25,482 nucleotides of DNA from a virus (taxonomy: Duplodnaviria > Caudoviricetes). The position numbers and the translations under genes were made by a program. Each line of letters begins with the position of its first letter. The stretch's first letter is position 1. The stretch is taken from positions 1 through 25,482 of the IMG/VR virus record IMGVR_UViG_3300030376_007365. One strand, given 5' to 3'. Below the pieces are notes generated by a model that searched no databases, was not told where the DNA came from, and saw only the letters and a list, made by a program, of their open reading frames with translations. This document shows, one piece after another, positions 24,121 through 25,482 of the stretch.

Positions 24121-25086
24121 TCAATTAAAAAATCCGTGTGCTTTTGGGCTATTGCAGACCAAACCACAAATTACATCAACGAAACCTCTGCGCCCGCCTC
24201 CTTGGTCTTCCAATTCAGTAACTGATTCGGATTTCAAGGACTGCATACCAATGTACTCAGGATCAATTAAGAGACCTGCATCAGCGTCAACTGTGTCAGA
24301 ACCACTCGTGCGATTTATAAACAGCGAACTTGCGATCGCAACTGAACCAAAATCACCCTCATATAAATTAACTGAAAGCGTGATCTTCTTAGACTCAGCA
24401 TCCTGGTTAACTTGATATGTGTTACGAGTTGAAGAAGACACTCTTGAAAAGTCAGAAATCTCTCTCTTCAGACTTGGGCCTGCAAGTAAGGTCAACTGTC
24501 CACCAGGCATTCCGTTAGCTTCGTAAAGTTCTTGAAGAACATTATTAAAGGTTGTTTCGGTTTGCGTGGCAGTAGTGTCATTAGCAACATTTTGATACTC
24601 GGCTGGTACGTCAGAAGGTTGTCCACCTACTCCTAACCATTTGAGAAGTCCACGAGTCTTGTAAGGTGCGCCTGCTCCAGAGTCTGCTTGACGATCTTGT
24701 GAAGAACAAAATGCAGATTCAATTGAACGTTTGATTTGTCTTATACTCTTAGACTCGGCCAATGCCATTTCGTTTGAAACTCCGGCTGTATCTACAAGCT
24801 CTTGAATATCAGATATTTGGAACGTGTCCCTAAATTTCTGCACATAATTTCCAAGACGTGCGCGGTTTGCAGTTTGGTTGGTGAAGCTTGAAACGTCTTC
24901 CCCTTCACTAACTCCAGAAAATTCTGGCGATAAAAGTGAGTCGGCCTGCCATTCGAAGAATGTTGCAGATGCTTTTCCCTTTTTTGCCATAGAAATCAGA
25001 GGGCAGGCCTCCGGCTCTAGAATCGTGATTGTTGACATTATGTCCTCTTTATTTCCTACTGTATTATAGCTACTAGCTTTTGCCAT
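24121..25086 (-). CDS. major capsid protein (DUF5309/SU10-like)
   Basis: GNKEDI, P.ETP-like, FEWQADSL, RLGNYVQKFRDT and YEGDFG motifs; strong AGGAGG SD. Confidence 0.88.
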   Translation of the reverse strand: MAKASSYNTVGNKEDIMSTITILEPEACPLISMAKKGKASATFFEWQADSLLSPEFSGVSEGEDVSSFTNQTANRARLGNYVQKFRDTFQISDIQELVDTAGVSNEMALAESKSIRQIKRSIESAFCSSQDRQADSGAGAPYKTRGLLKWLGVGGQPSDVPAEYQNVANDTTATQTETTFNNVLQELYEANGMPGGQLTLLAGPSLKREISDFSRVSSSTRNTYQVNQDAESKKITLSVNLYEGDFGSVAIASSLFINRTSGSDTVDADAGLLIDPEYIGMQSLKSESVTELEDQGGGRRGFVDVICGLVCNSPKAHGFFN

Positions 25087-25113
25087 ATCTATATCCTCCT
25101 AATTTTGTTTAAA

Positions 25114-25482
25114 TTATTTAACGATTGCTCGCTTTAGTTTTATGTAATGTTGGTAGTCTGCGATATTACCTGACTTCTCAAATTTAGCATGAGCAGCCTG
25201 TATAGCCTTCTTATGTTTACTTCCCTCGGATCTTGGTTTACTTGCCCCAGCTTCTGCACTTGCGACAGGAGCAGTGGGTTTCTTCAATTTCTTCGGTTGA
25301 CCTGCATTAGCTTGTCTTGCTTTCACTGCCTTTAATCCTTCCACCATAAGCCCAAGAGCAAAGTTGCTGTTGGGTAGGTGTTCGACTAATGGCTTGTAAA
25401 GCGGACTTGCTTTTACCTGCATGAACATTTTGTAGTCCTCACTTTCTCCATCACTGAGGAACTCAAAAGTTTGGGCTGCTTG
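25114..25482 (-). CDS. scaffolding protein, C-terminal part (partial)
   Basis: Frame is open to the window edge; Pro/Ala linker and basic helical end immediately before the capsid gene. Confidence 0.65.
   Translation of the reverse strand, partial: QAAQTFEFLSDGESEDYKMFMQVKASPLYKPLVEHLPNSNFALGLMVEGLKAVKARQANAGQPKKLKKPTAPVASAEAGASKPRSEGSKHKKAIQAAHAKFEKSGNIADYQHYIKLKRAIVK

Noticed and set aside
10175-24415. Numerous + strand ORFs across the structural module
   Set aside because: Antisense shadows of Ala/Gly/Gln-rich minus-strand genes, without coupling or motifs.

Overview
The window is part of a tailed, probably temperate, podovirus-like phage or prophage genome with four modules. (1) 1-2913 (+): tightly coupled small hypothetical early genes whose junctions carry repeated sequence blocks. 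(2) 3091-8351 (-): replication/recombination operon with an SSB-like protein, a RecE-like exonuclease fused to an HTH, an excisionase-like HTH, a DnaA domain-IV protein, a RusA-like resolvase, a PD-(D/E)XK nuclease, an RHH-containing putative initiator and a DnaB helicase. (3) 8352-10115: control/lysogeny region with a divergent ribbon-helix-helix regulator, a tyrosine integrase, a candidate att core and a candidate small RNA. (4) 10090-25482 (-): virion module with scaffold, major capsid, adaptor, LamG fibre, small membrane/lysis genes, nozzle and three ejection-type proteins. The strongest oddity is the RusA-like resolvase: its N-terminal motif and its catalytic half lie in two different, almost fully overlapping, fully open frames (5494-5841). 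Also notable are repeat-bounded early gene cassettes, a promoter- and terminator-bounded ~76-nt three-hairpin sRNA candidate, and a u-spanin-like lipoprotein. All family assignments come from motifs recognised by eye; no database searches were run.
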